This document shows, piece after piece, positions 1 to 7,341 of a stretch of DNA of 57,379 nucleotides. A model generated the notes under the pieces. It had not been told where the DNA came from, did no database searches, and saw nothing but the letters and a program-made list of their open reading frames with translations. The first letter of the stretch is position 1. Each line of letters opens with the position of its first letter. Position numbers and translations under genes: made by a program. The stretch lies in contig METI01000073.1 in NCBI GenBank assembly GCA_001771285.1, forward strand, positions 1 through 57,379, written 5' to 3'. Origin of the DNA: a candidate division NC10 bacterium RIFCSPLOWO2_12_FULL_66_18. GTDB lineage: Bacteria; Methylomirabilota; Methylomirabilia; Methylomirabilales; 2-02-FULL-66-22.

Positions 1-52
1 TCCTCAGCCAGTTCGCGATGTGCGTCCCGGAGGAACGACGAAAGACTTCAGA

Positions 53-81
53 TTGACGGCCCGGGCGACTTGACCTATTAT
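53..81 (+). promoter_or_regulatory. sigma70-type promoter for tRNA-Cys
   Basis: TTGACG (53-58), 17-nt spacer, TATTAT (76-81), about 9 nt before the tRNA 5' end. Confidence 0.45.
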
Positions 82-89
82 GCAAACAG

Positions 90-165
90 GGCGCGGTACC
101 CAAGAGGCTAAGGGAGAGGTCTGCAAAACCTCGATTCGGCGGTTCGAGTCCGCCCCGCGCCTCCA
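90..165 (+). tRNA. tRNA-Cys (GCA)
   Basis: Cloverleaf folded by hand: acceptor ggcgcgg/ccgcgcc, anticodon stem gaggt/acctc with loop ctGCAaa, T-arm ggcgg-ttcgagt-ccgcc, encoded CCA. Confidence 0.9.
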
Positions 166-476
166 TCAAGTACAGCCGTTGGCCATTAGCTGTTGGCTTC
201 AGAACCTTCCCCCCGGCCAGATGTCATCCCATCCTTCGATTCTCAGCCCGTCGCGCAGCCCCGATTCTTGATTTGCAATGTTCAGCTCTTCCACCTCGAC
301 GTTCAAAGTCCACTGGTTCGGTGCGTCCGTGGCCAATGGCCAAAGCCGATGGCTAACGGCTCGCATGCGCCCATGGACAACCAGTCGCGTCCTGTGGTAG
401 GTATCATGGCGCATGCGCTGCGGAGACTCGGTGCATCCCCTGCGTTCGCCAGAGACGCCACGTGATGCGCGACAGC

Positions 477-809
477 TTACCCCTCGGCTGCTCGTCTCCG
501 CACCAACCGGATCTCCAGCGTGCACCCCACCGCCTTCGCGTACTTCTTCAAGGTGGCGATCGTCGGGGAGTGTGTGCTCCCCGAGAGGGAGGTCTCTAGG
601 CGCGTCACCGCCGGTGCCTTGGTTCCCATCTTCTTCGCGACTGCGGCCTGGCTCAGCCCCGCCTGTTGCCGGGCGAGGAGGAGTTCGCGCAGCAGCGCAA
701 ACTCGGTGTCGAGCTCGGCGTACGCCTTCAGAAACGTCGGGTCCTTTTTCCACCGCTCCACCATCTGGCGATGGATGAGTCGCGGTGCCTTCCTGCTCAT
801 GGCTTGCAT
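477..809 (-). CDS. XRE-family HTH antitoxin (HigA-like)
   Basis: 110 aa. HTH segment LSQAAVAKKMGTKAPAVTRLE. Lies downstream of the toxin gene and overlaps it by 13 nt. Confidence 0.8.
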   Translation of the reverse strand: MQAMSRKAPRLIHRQMVERWKKDPTFLKAYAELDTEFALLRELLLARQQAGLSQAAVAKKMGTKAPAVTRLETSLSGSTHSPTIATLKKYAKAVGCTLEIRLVRRRAAEG

Positions 810-1123
810 ACCTCCCGTTGCCGCCGGCGGGCAAGCTCCAGCTCACGTGTAGGCGTTCCGTGCGTCTTCTTGATGAAGGAGTGGAGGATGATTATCCTCT
901 GCCCCACCAACGTGCAGTAGAAGACCCGGGCGATCCCCTCGCGCCCGCGGGGCCGCAACTCGTAGAGCCCGCCACCCATCGCCCGGGAGTGGGGCATGCG
1001 CAAGTCGAGGCCGAACTCTTCCAGGAGCTCGGTCAGTCGGGCGTAGGCCGCCCGGGTTCCCACGGGCAGGGCCTCGATCTCCAGCCGGACCGCCTCGCTG
1101 TAGTAGTCGATCGTCCACGGCAT
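797..1123 (-). CDS. RelE/HigB-type toxin (Gp49-like)
   Basis: 108 aa. GGLYELRPRGREGIARVFYCTLVGQRIIILHSFIKKT is typical of Gp49/HigB-like toxins. Toxin-first order as in higBA. Inverted repeat taaca-N4-tgtta lies just upstream (about 1130-1145). Confidence 0.8.
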   Translation of the reverse strand: MPWTIDYYSEAVRLEIEALPVGTRAAYARLTELLEEFGLDLRMPHSRAMGGGLYELRPRGREGIARVFYCTLVGQRIIILHSFIKKTHGTPTRELELARRRQREVCKP

Positions 1124-1654
1124 GATGGATACGTAACATATTTGTTATGCCACGACAAGAGAAACGTCTAAGAATGCCGCTTGTCCGGCGTGGTCCACGA
1201 GAACTCCATCCGGGCATCCACATGTGCGGCCTCACGTGTGGTAAGCGCCCCGTGCGATTGTCAGCGTTGCCATTCGCACACGTATGTTGCAACCGTGCTC
1301 CGGTCGATCGCAGCCCCGGTCTTGGGTTCGATGCTCCCGAAGATTGAGATTCGGCTGGAGCGTCACAGAATCCCTGGATTCTATACCGTTCGGGCTGACC
1401 CCTCCCCCCGGCCTATCGTATATGTATGGGGACCGGGGACGGCAGCGTAGTCCTGACCAAGGCAGAATGGGGGATGGCCATGAAAAAATAACATGCTCTA
1501 CGCTGACACCTGCCTTGAACTTCAGGGGCTGCGAGCCCTGCGTTCCCCGATCAGCGCAAAGGAAGTTCTCGGAGTTGTACGCAGCACGGGTCTTGACGCA
1601 CCGATCCTGCCTGGGGAGGATCCCCGCTGGGAGAGGCTGCGTTCCGGGTTAGAC

Positions 1655-1720
1655 CCGGGGGTGAACCTGCGCGACCGGTTCCGCGGTGCCCTGATCGGCG
1701 GGGCCATAGGGGATGTAGTG
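1655..1720 (+). pseudogene. N-terminal fragment of an ADP-ribosylglycohydrolase-like gene
   Basis: Translation LRDRFRGALIGGAIGD matches the characteristic N-terminal motif of ADP-ribosylglycohydrolases. The frame loses all similarity right after it. Confidence 0.3.
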
Positions 1721-2001
1721 AAGGCGATCCTCGCGGTCCGGCCTCGCGGGCGCTTGACGGGGGTGAGCGGCAGAATGGCTCGCGGCCCCCGCCGTTTCCA
1801 GGGGAACGAGAAAGGGTTGACAACGCCGCACCGGCAAGGGACCATATGGCCGCTGGCGCGGTACCGGGTCGCCCTGGCCACGGATCAGCGGGGGCAGATG
1901 AGATCCTCAATGAACGGGACAAGGGAACGAGTCGCGACGCTGCATCGAGCCGCTGCAAATTTCTGAGGCGAGCGGTCCGTAACGACCGGGGACCCGCTCC
2001 G

Positions 2002-2109
2002 CTGGGCCGGGTTGACCAACAGGATCTTCCCCTCGTCCATCACCTGCCGAAGGTCCAAGGCACTCCGCGGTTGGGTCAGGATGCGGTGCAGGAGCGGATC
2101 CGCCAGGAA
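2002..2109 (-). pseudogene. Fragment of a conjugative coupling-protein/HerA-like ATPase gene
   Basis: Minus-strand translation FLADPLLHRILTQPRSALDLRQVMDEGKILLVN resembles (from memory) the segment after the P-loop domain of T4SS coupling / DUF87-type ATPases. No start codon, and the frame decays on both sides. Confidence 0.3.
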
Positions 2110-2172
2110 TGCCCCACCTTGTTCTGGATGGGGCGATAGGCCGATGGCTGACCGCTGACCGCTTACAAAACC

Positions 2173-2201
2173 TTGACTTGCACACGAGCGGGTGTTACGA
2201 A
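2173..2201 (+). promoter_or_regulatory. Putative promoter for tRNA-Leu
   Basis: TTGACT (2173-2178), 17-nt spacer, TACGAA (2196-2201), 18 nt before the tRNA. Confidence 0.35.
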
Positions 2202-2218
2202 TCCTGGGCAGACGGAGT

Positions 2219-2305
2219 GCGGGAGTGGCGAAATAGGCAGACGCACGAGACTTAAAATCTTGTGGGCCTCGGCCCGTGGGGGTTCGATTCCCCCCTCCCG
2301 CACCA
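2219..2305 (+). tRNA. tRNA-Leu (TAA)
   Basis: Acceptor gcgggag/ctcccgc, anticodon loop ctTAAaa, long variable arm, T-arm ggggg-ttcgatt-ccccc, CCA encoded. Confidence 0.9.
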
Positions 2306-2516
2306 ATGGTTCTTCACGGGCGGGTTCGCGTGCGTGTGGTCACGTCCGGGGGACCGCTCCCGCCCTCGGTTCTCGCCTCTGGTGTTTCGAGACCGGTGTC
2401 TGAGGGAGCGCCCCCCGTCGGGGCGGACGGACCGGGGTCTGTGGGGGAGGTCGTCCGGGCGACTCAGACCAGGCGGGACACCCTATCGGGGCAGGCACGA
2501 TCCTGGAGGCCAGTCC

Positions 2517-3185
2517 ATGCCCGACTGGTTGGGGCAACGACACTTTCCCCGGTATCCGATCGTTGTCGCGGCGCTCTACGCGCCGGAAGGTCCGCCACCC
2601 GAAAGTACCGGAGCGGGGTGGACCCGCAACCTGAGCGAAGGGGGAATCTGTCTGGAGTTGACCGAGCGCATCGAGCTCTCGTCATCCCTCCGTGTGCGCC
2701 TCCGGACCGATCAGGAATGCATCGCGGGGCAGGCCCGGATCATCTGGGTGAGGGGGCCAGACCCGACGGGGGGGATCCTCCACGGCATGACCTTCACCCA
2801 GCTTGCCCCGGCACAGCACCAGGCCCTGCGCGAATTGCTGGCTCGCAGGAGCAGCGTGTGGCGGGCGGTGGTCCGCGTTCCCCAGGAGATTCCCGTCACA
2901 TGTCAAATCAAGGGAGAGACACGATCGCCCCTCCAGGGGCGGACGGGCAATATCAGCCGGCGCGGACTCTCGCTCCATCTTCCCCTCGCCATCCTTCCTG
3001 GCTCCGCGCTGGAGGTCACCCTTCACTCCTCGCATGGACCGCTCACCGTCGAGGGGACGATCGTCAGGGTGGAACCTCTGGATGCCCAGATCCCCGGCGA
3101 GCCGATCCGTCACGGATTCCAGTTCACCGACATCAGTCACGCGACCGGGATGACCCTCGGCCGCATTTTGGTCGAGGCGCTCTAG
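2517..3185 (+). CDS. Tandem PilZ-domain protein (putative c-di-GMP receptor)
   Basis: Two RxxxR ... (D/N)xSxxG pairs: RHFPR...NLSEGG and RAVVR...NISRRG. ATG 2517 is preceded by GGAGG. The longer ORF start at 2262 overlaps tRNA-Leu. Confidence 0.7.
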   Translation: MPDWLGQRHFPRYPIVVAALYAPEGPPPESTGAGWTRNLSEGGICLELTERIELSSSLRVRLRTDQECIAGQARIIWVRGPDPTGGILHGMTFTQLAPAQHQALRELLARRSSVWRAVVRVPQEIPVTCQIKGETRSPLQGRTGNISRRGLSLHLPLAILPGSALEVTLHSSHGPLTVEGTIVRVEPLDAQIPGEPIRHGFQFTDISHATGMTLGRILVEAL

Positions 3186-3225
3186 GGGTCCTGGTCGGTT
3201 TCCGTTCAGGACAGTCGACGAGGCC

Positions 3226-3981
3226 ATGCGGCTGCAGCGGTGCCATTGGCCCAGCACCGGAGGGCGCGGGGTGGAGCAGGTCCTTCAGCGATTCCTTGAG
3301 GAGATCCAGGGCCTGTACGGTGAGGACCTGCTGGCCATCTTCCTCTACGGAAGTGCGGCCGCGGGGGACCATGTTCCCGGACGCTCGGACCTCAACGTGG
3401 GGGTGGTGCTGCGGAAACTGACCCCGGCGCTCCTCCGGAAGGCTGGCGCGGATCTCCGGGCCTGGCACCGGCAAGGATTCGCCACGCCCGTGTTCTTTGA
3501 TCCGGAAAGCCTGCACGACTCCCTGGACGTGTTTCCCATCGAGTTCCTGGACATGCAGGAGCGGCACCGGATGCTGTGGGGACCGGACGTGCTCGCGGAC
3601 CTCTCCATCGCCCGCGGCAACCTGCGTCTGCAATGCGAGCAGGAACTGCGCGGCAAGTTGATGAAGCTCCGCCAGTCCTATGTCGAGTTCGCGCGCGCCC
3701 CGGGCGAGCTGGAGCACATCCTCATGGCGGTGGTCAGCAGCATGGTGGTCCTGGCCCGGACGCTCCTCCGACTTGGCGGCGGCGACACGGGTGGCGGGGC
3801 CGACGCCGTCTTTACACGGACCCAGGTGCGATTCGGCGCCTCCACCGCCAGCCTGCGGAAGGCCTGGCAGTTGAAGCGGGGAGAGATCCGCCTGACGGGG
3901 TCCAGCCTCGAGACGCTGTACCACGAGGTTCTGGAGGAGGTCCAGGGACTCGTTCGGGTCGTGGATGGCCTGGCTGCGTAG
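3226..3981 (+). CDS. Nucleotidyltransferase-domain protein (Pol-beta/MNT-like fold)
   Basis: 251 aa. LYGSAAAGDHVPGRSDLNVGVV fits the GSx(n)G...DxD NTase signature, followed by a helical C-terminal half. The 3' end overlaps the next gene by 17 nt. Confidence 0.6.
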   Translation: MRLQRCHWPSTGGRGVEQVLQRFLEEIQGLYGEDLLAIFLYGSAAAGDHVPGRSDLNVGVVLRKLTPALLRKAGADLRAWHRQGFATPVFFDPESLHDSLDVFPIEFLDMQERHRMLWGPDVLADLSIARGNLRLQCEQELRGKLMKLRQSYVEFARAPGELEHILMAVVSSMVVLARTLLRLGGGDTGGGADAVFTRTQVRFGASTASLRKAWQLKRGEIRLTGSSLETLYHEVLEEVQGLVRVVDGLAA

Positions 3982-4783
3982 CCCCTGGTTTTGCGCCTGG
4001 CTGATCCTCCTGGCCTTCCTGGGGCAGGTGGCCGCGGCTCCACCCCAGGTTCCGTCCCCGGTCGGTCCGGTGACCGACCTGGCGGGGATCCTGGATGCTG
4101 CCACCCGGCAGCGGCTGGAACAGATCATCCTGGAGGCCCGGGAGCGCACGACGGCAGAGATCGCCATCCTGACGGTCCCGTCCACCGCGCCGGAGACGAT
4201 CGAGGAGTACTCGGTCGCCGTTTTCGACCGCTGGAAAATCGGCAAGCGTGGGCAGGATAACGGGCTGTTGTTCCTGGTGGCGGTCCAGGACCGGCGGCTC
4301 CGCATCACCACCGGGTACGGCCTGGAGGGGATCCTGCCCGACGGGAAGATCGGAGAGATCCGCGACCGGGAGATCGTTCCCCGCTTCCGCGCCGGGCGGT
4401 ACGCCGAGGGGATCCTGCGTGGGACCGAGGCGCTGGCCAGTGTCATCCTGGGACAGGGTCAGGATGGCGCCCGCGGCAAGCAACCGGCCGCGCCTCCCGC
4501 CCGCCATCGGAACCGATTCCCGAGCAGGTCCACGGGAATCCTCCTGGGCATCTTCATTTTCCTGGTACTCTTCTCTGCCGGTCTCTCGTCGGTGGATCGC
4601 TCCGCCGCTGTCCCGGTCCGTGGCCGGCGGAGGCGGGGGCCATCCTGGTGGTTCGGCAGCGGGCCAGGCGGTTTTTCGAGCGGTGGGTTCAGCGGCTGGT
4701 CCGGGGGCGGATTCAGTTCCGGAAGTTTCGGTGGGTTTGGTGGCGGATCAACGGGCGGTGGTGGCGCGGGCGGGAGTTGGTGA
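3965..4783 (+). CDS. TPM-domain protein (YgcG/TLP18.3-like) with TM segment and Gly-rich tail
   Basis: Signal peptide, VTDLAGILD...AEIAILTV...GLLFLVAVQDRRLRITTGYGLEG, and a C-terminal GGFSSG/GGGAGGSW tail. Confidence 0.8.
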   Translation: MAWLRSPWFCAWLILLAFLGQVAAAPPQVPSPVGPVTDLAGILDAATRQRLEQIILEARERTTAEIAILTVPSTAPETIEEYSVAVFDRWKIGKRGQDNGLLFLVAVQDRRLRITTGYGLEGILPDGKIGEIRDREIVPRFRAGRYAEGILRGTEALASVILGQGQDGARGKQPAAPPARHRNRFPSRSTGILLGIFIFLVLFSAGLSSVDRSAAVPVRGRRRRGPSWWFGSGPGGFSSGGFSGWSGGGFSSGSFGGFGGGSTGGGGAGGSW

Positions 4784-4797
4784 GGCACGACGGCGCA

Positions 4798-4846
4798 GTT
4801 CGAAGTCCAAGGTTCGACGTTGAACATTGAACCTTGAACCTCGAAC
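4798..4846. repeat. Intergenic short-period repeat hairpin (GTTCGA/GGTTCAA units)
   Basis: gttcgaagtccaaggttcgacg ... ttgaaccttgaacctcgaac. The arms are imperfect reverse complements. Confidence 0.5.
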
Positions 4847-4870
4847 AGCGTGGGAAAGGAGCGAGAGGGC

Positions 4871-5434
4871 ATGAAGCCTGTGTGGATCATCCTCGGGGTG
4901 CTGGTCCTCATCGTGGTCGGCGTGGGTGGGACCGCCGTGTCGAAGTGGAACCAACTGGTCGCCATGGACACGGACATCAAGGCCAAGTGGGCCCAGGTGG
5001 AGAACCAGCTCCAGCGACGGGCCGATCTCATCCCGAACCTGGTCGAGGCGGTCAAGGGCTTTGCCGCGCAGGAGCGCACGATCCTGGAAGCCATCGCCAA
5101 CGCCCGGGCGAAGATGGCCGGGGCGGGGAGCGTGCAGGATCGGATCGCGGGCAGCAATGAGCTGTCCAGCGCCCTGGCCCGCCTGCTCGTCGTGGTGGAG
5201 AACTATCCCAACCTGAAGTCGGATGCGACGTTCATCCGTTTGATGGACGAACTCGCCGGCACCGAAAACCGGCTGGCCGTGGAGCGCAAGCGGTATAACG
5301 ATTCGGTGCAGGTCTACAACGTGGCCATCCGGCAGTTTCCCGGAAATCTGATTGCCTCGGTGTCGGGGTTCAAGGAGCATCCGTTCTTCGAGGTCCCGCC
5401 AGCAGCCCGACTGGTCCCCCAGGTCAAATTCTAG
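4871..5434 (+). CDS. lemA: LemA family protein
   Basis: N-terminal TM helix then WNQLV...VENQLQRRADLIPNLV...ERKRYNDSVQVYN, typical of LemA. ATG 4871 follows AAGGAG. The ORF track starts at GTG 4850. Confidence 0.85.
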   Translation: MKPVWIILGVLVLIVVGVGGTAVSKWNQLVAMDTDIKAKWAQVENQLQRRADLIPNLVEAVKGFAAQERTILEAIANARAKMAGAGSVQDRIAGSNELSSALARLLVVVENYPNLKSDATFIRLMDELAGTENRLAVERKRYNDSVQVYNVAIRQFPGNLIASVSGFKEHPFFEVPPAARLVPQVKF

Positions 5435-5436
5435 CA

Positions 5437-5517
5437 GGGGGGCAGAGGAGTGGAGGAGCAGAGGGGCAAAGGTGGAAACGTCACCCCCGCCCCCTTGCCC
5501 CCCGGCGCCTCTGCCCC
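5437..5517. repeat. GC-rich repeat hairpin after lemA (GCAGAGG units), possible terminator
   Basis: ggggcagaggagtggaggagcagaggggcaaagg ... ccccttgccccccggcgcctctgcccc, followed by gtatttt. Confidence 0.45.
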
Positions 5518-5526
5518 GTATTTTCC

Positions 5527-5555
5527 TTGACACTGTGGCGGGTTGGGGAATAAAT
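5527..5555 (+). promoter_or_regulatory. Putative promoter for tRNA-Val
   Basis: TTGACA (5527-5532), 17-nt spacer, ATAAAT (5550-5555). Confidence 0.35.
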
Positions 5556-5597
5556 TTTCCTCGCCTCCTGTATTGGTCAAGGCGGTGGGTGAGACGG

Positions 5598-5672
5598 AGG
5601 GACGTAGCTCAGGGGGAGAGCGCTTGCTTGACACGCAAGAGGTCGGCGGTTCAAGACCGCCCGTCCCTACCA
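5598..5672 (+). tRNA. tRNA-Val (GAC)
   Basis: Acceptor agggacg/cgtccct, D-stem gctc/gagc, anticodon stem cttgc/gcaag with loop ttGACac, T-arm ggcgg-ttcaaga-ccgcc, CCA encoded. Confidence 0.9.
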
Positions 5673-5692
5673 TCCATCTGGTTGAAGAGATG

Positions 5693-5719
5693 AGCCCCGG
5701 AGGACAGTCCTCCGGGGCT
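5693..5719 (+). terminator. Hairpin terminator after tRNA-Val
   Basis: agccccggagg-acagt-cctccggggct, followed by a T-containing tail tcgtgctt. Confidence 0.5.
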
Positions 5720-5801
5720 TCGTGCTTCGAGAGGAGGCCTTGGGAAACATCCGCTCGCGGGCATATTCGCGGGCACGCTCTGACTGCCTTTGGAGGAAGA
5801 G

Positions 5802-6818
5802 ATGAAAGCATTCATCTGCTGGTCTGGCGAGAGAAGTAGGCGGGCTGCAGAAGCCGTGCGTCAATGGCTTCCAAAAGTGATCCAGGCCGTGGAACCATTC
5901 ATGTCTGAATACATCGAGGAAGGGAATTCTTGGCCAGACGACGATTTGGATGCCAAACTCCGTGAGGCTCAATTCGGCGTGATCTGTTTAACCCGGGAGA
6001 ACCTCAAAGAGCCGTGGATCCAATTTGAAGCTGGCGCTCTGTACATGCGATTAGAGCAAGAGCGTGTCTGCCCCTATTTATTGGGCCTTCAGCCTTCAGA
6101 AATCCCTTGGCCTATAGCCAGATTCATGGCCACCAAGGCGGAGAAGGAGGACACCAGAAAACTCATGGACAAAATCAACAAGTCCTTGGGTGAGACAGCC
6201 CTCGATTCAGGGCGTCTCAGCGAGGCTGTTGATGTGTGGTGGCCAAGACTTGAAGACGCTCTGACTGCTGCCAGGAAATTAGAGGCGAAACCACCGCTTA
6301 AGGACTCTAAGAATGACATTCAAGAGGCGAGGCATACTGATCAAGGAAGTACGGCAGGCGAAGGGGCTGACCCAAGATGGGCTGGCCAAAAAGGCCGGGA
6401 TTTACCCGATCTATCTCGCGCAGATCGAGGGGAGCGCGAAGAACCCGCCGACGCGGACCCCAAGCCTCCCGATGCTCGAGCGCTTGGCGAAGGCCCTCAA
6501 GGTGAAGGTGGCGGAGCCGCTCAAATGACCGGACTCGGAAAGCTCCATCCACCACGAGAGGAGGGGCGGGCAATGAGCTTGAAGAAAATCGAACTCTACC
6601 GTGGGTTCAACATCTACACGGAGGAGATCCGGGGAGGCATCTGGGGAACCTCTGCGGTCGAGATTCCCTCAGGAGAAGCGGATATCATCCGTGCCCCTTC
6701 CCAGGGGCGTGTGCCGGGAGAGTATCAATCCAAGGAGGCCGCACTGGAGGCGGCAAGGGCGCATATTGATCGGATCCAGAAGAACAGAAGGAACAGAGCT
6801 AGCCAGGGAGCAAGATAG
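5802..6818 (+). CDS. TIR-domain protein (TIR part about 5802-6300; 3' end unresolved)
   Basis: MKAFICWSGERSRRAAEAVRQWLPKVIQ ... FGVICLTRENLKEPWIQFEAGAL matches the bacterial TIR-like family FISWSGxRS...FEAGAL. GGAGGAAGAG lies before ATG 5802. G+C is visibly lower than in the flanks. No in-frame stop occurs before 6818. Confidence 0.7.
   Translation: MKAFICWSGERSRRAAEAVRQWLPKVIQAVEPFMSEYIEEGNSWPDDDLDAKLREAQFGVICLTRENLKEPWIQFEAGALYMRLEQERVCPYLLGLQPSEIPWPIARFMATKAEKEDTRKLMDKINKSLGETALDSGRLSEAVDVWWPRLEDALTAARKLEAKPPLKDSKNDIQEARHTDQGSTAGEGADPRWAGQKGRDLPDLSRADRGEREEPADADPKPPDARALGEGPQGEGGGAAQMTGLGKLHPPREEGRAMSLKKIELYRGFNIYTEEIRGGIWGTSAVEIPSGEADIIRAPSQGRVPGEYQSKEAALEAARAHIDRIQKNRRNRASQGAR
6313..6528 (+). 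CDS. XRE-family HTH protein
   Basis: 71 aa. LTQDGLAKKAGIYPIYLAQIEGSAKNP...LERLAKALKVKV is a typical HTH_3. Third codon positions are strongly G/C in this frame. AAGGA lies upstream. Confidence 0.65.
   Translation: MTFKRRGILIKEVRQAKGLTQDGLAKKAGIYPIYLAQIEGSAKNPPTRTPSLPMLERLAKALKVKVAEPLK
6573..6818 (+). CDS. Small hypothetical protein (81 aa)
   Basis: ATG preceded by GAGGAGG. Non-repetitive translation MSLKKIELYRGFNIYTEE...SKEAALEAARAHIDRIQ. Same frame as the TIR ORF. Confidence 0.4.
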   Translation: MSLKKIELYRGFNIYTEEIRGGIWGTSAVEIPSGEADIIRAPSQGRVPGEYQSKEAALEAARAHIDRIQKNRRNRASQGAR

Positions 6819-6876
6819 TCAAGCGCCCCCGCACGGCTGGCACCGCCGGGGGCATGGCGCAAGACCGCTGGCTTTA

Positions 6877-7089
6877 GGGTGGACCTTCATTGCTCTGCAC
6901 CTGGAGGCGACGACGCATCCGAGGCTCGCGCAAGAGCGAGTCGGCCACAGCAACATCAAGCTCACCATGGACGTGTACGGGAAGCTGGCCGGGGACATGG
7001 CCCTGGCCGAGGATCAGGCGGTGCGGCTGAACGCCCTCACCGCGAAGGCGTTCCCCGCCCTGGCGCAATTCCCGTTAAACATCTGGTAA
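6877..7089 (+). pseudogene. C-terminal stump of a tyrosine recombinase (phage integrase family)
   Basis: TFIALHLEATTHPRLAQERVGHSNIKLTMDVYGKL corresponds to the HxxR-downstream / LGHSsi..T.d.Y catalytic-Tyr region. Only about 70 residues remain, with no N-terminal or core part. Confidence 0.65.
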
Positions 7090-7206
7090 ACACGAGCCTC
7101 CGAAACGGCCTGAAATGACCCGGATCAGCCTACAAGACGAAAGGCCGTAAGTGCTTGACAAACCGGAACATCCCGTAATATCCTGCACCACTATGCAAAG
7201 CCGTGG

Positions 7207-7256
7207 GGCGCTTGACACGCAAGAGGTCGGCGGTTTGAAACCGCCCGTGCCTACCA
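7207..7256 (+). repeat. Partial 3' copy of tRNA-Val (att-type direct repeat)
   Basis: The 25-nt core cttgacacgcaagaggtcggcggtt is identical to tRNA-Val. The rest, through CCA, has about 4 mismatches. No 5' half and no acceptor partner. Confidence 0.8.
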
Positions 7257-7291
7257 TCTCGTTTCTCGTGACGGCGTAGTGGATGGCTTGA

Positions 7292-7327
7292 GCATCACGA
7301 TGCAGGTGGTGTCGTGATGCTTTTTTC
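7292..7327 (+). terminator. Rho-independent terminator (probably the ancestral tRNA-Val terminator)
   Basis: gcatcacga-11 nt loop-tcgtgatgc followed by TTTTTTC. Lies 14 nt upstream of the thrS ATG. Confidence 0.6.
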
Positions 7328-7341
7328 TTCTGTGAATTGCG

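Larger units (their letters stand above)
5673..7256 (+). mobile_element. Decayed integrative islet inserted in the 3' half of tRNA-Val
   Basis: Bounded by the intact tRNA-Val and a partial 3' copy of it (7207-7256). Carries a lower-G+C cargo and a tyrosine-recombinase stump next to the distal repeat. Confidence 0.6.

Noticed and set aside
199-846. 215-aa minus-strand ORF next to tRNA-Cys, examined as a possible integrase
   Set aside because: The translation is low-complexity and overlaps the well-supported HigA gene in another frame. No recombinase motifs are present.
2262-2516. N-terminal extensions offered by the ORF track that overlap RNA genes. These are the PilZ ORF over tRNA-Leu, the ComEA-like ORF from 33497 over the 23S, and the tig ORF from 38985 over tRNA-Leu(TAG)
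   Set aside because: The extensions have no protein-like sequence and overlap structural RNAs. Internal ATGs with better context (2517, 33581, 39063) were used.
7155-7341. Possible T-box or attenuator leader for thrS (TTGACA-N15-TAATAT, tRNA-like segment, hairpin plus U-tract just before the ATG)
   Set aside because: There is no T-box consensus (AGGGUGGNACCGCG-like) or specifier-loop architecture. The tRNA-like segment and terminator are explained more simply as the displaced 3' end and ancestral terminator of tRNA-Val. A regulatory role cannot be excluded.
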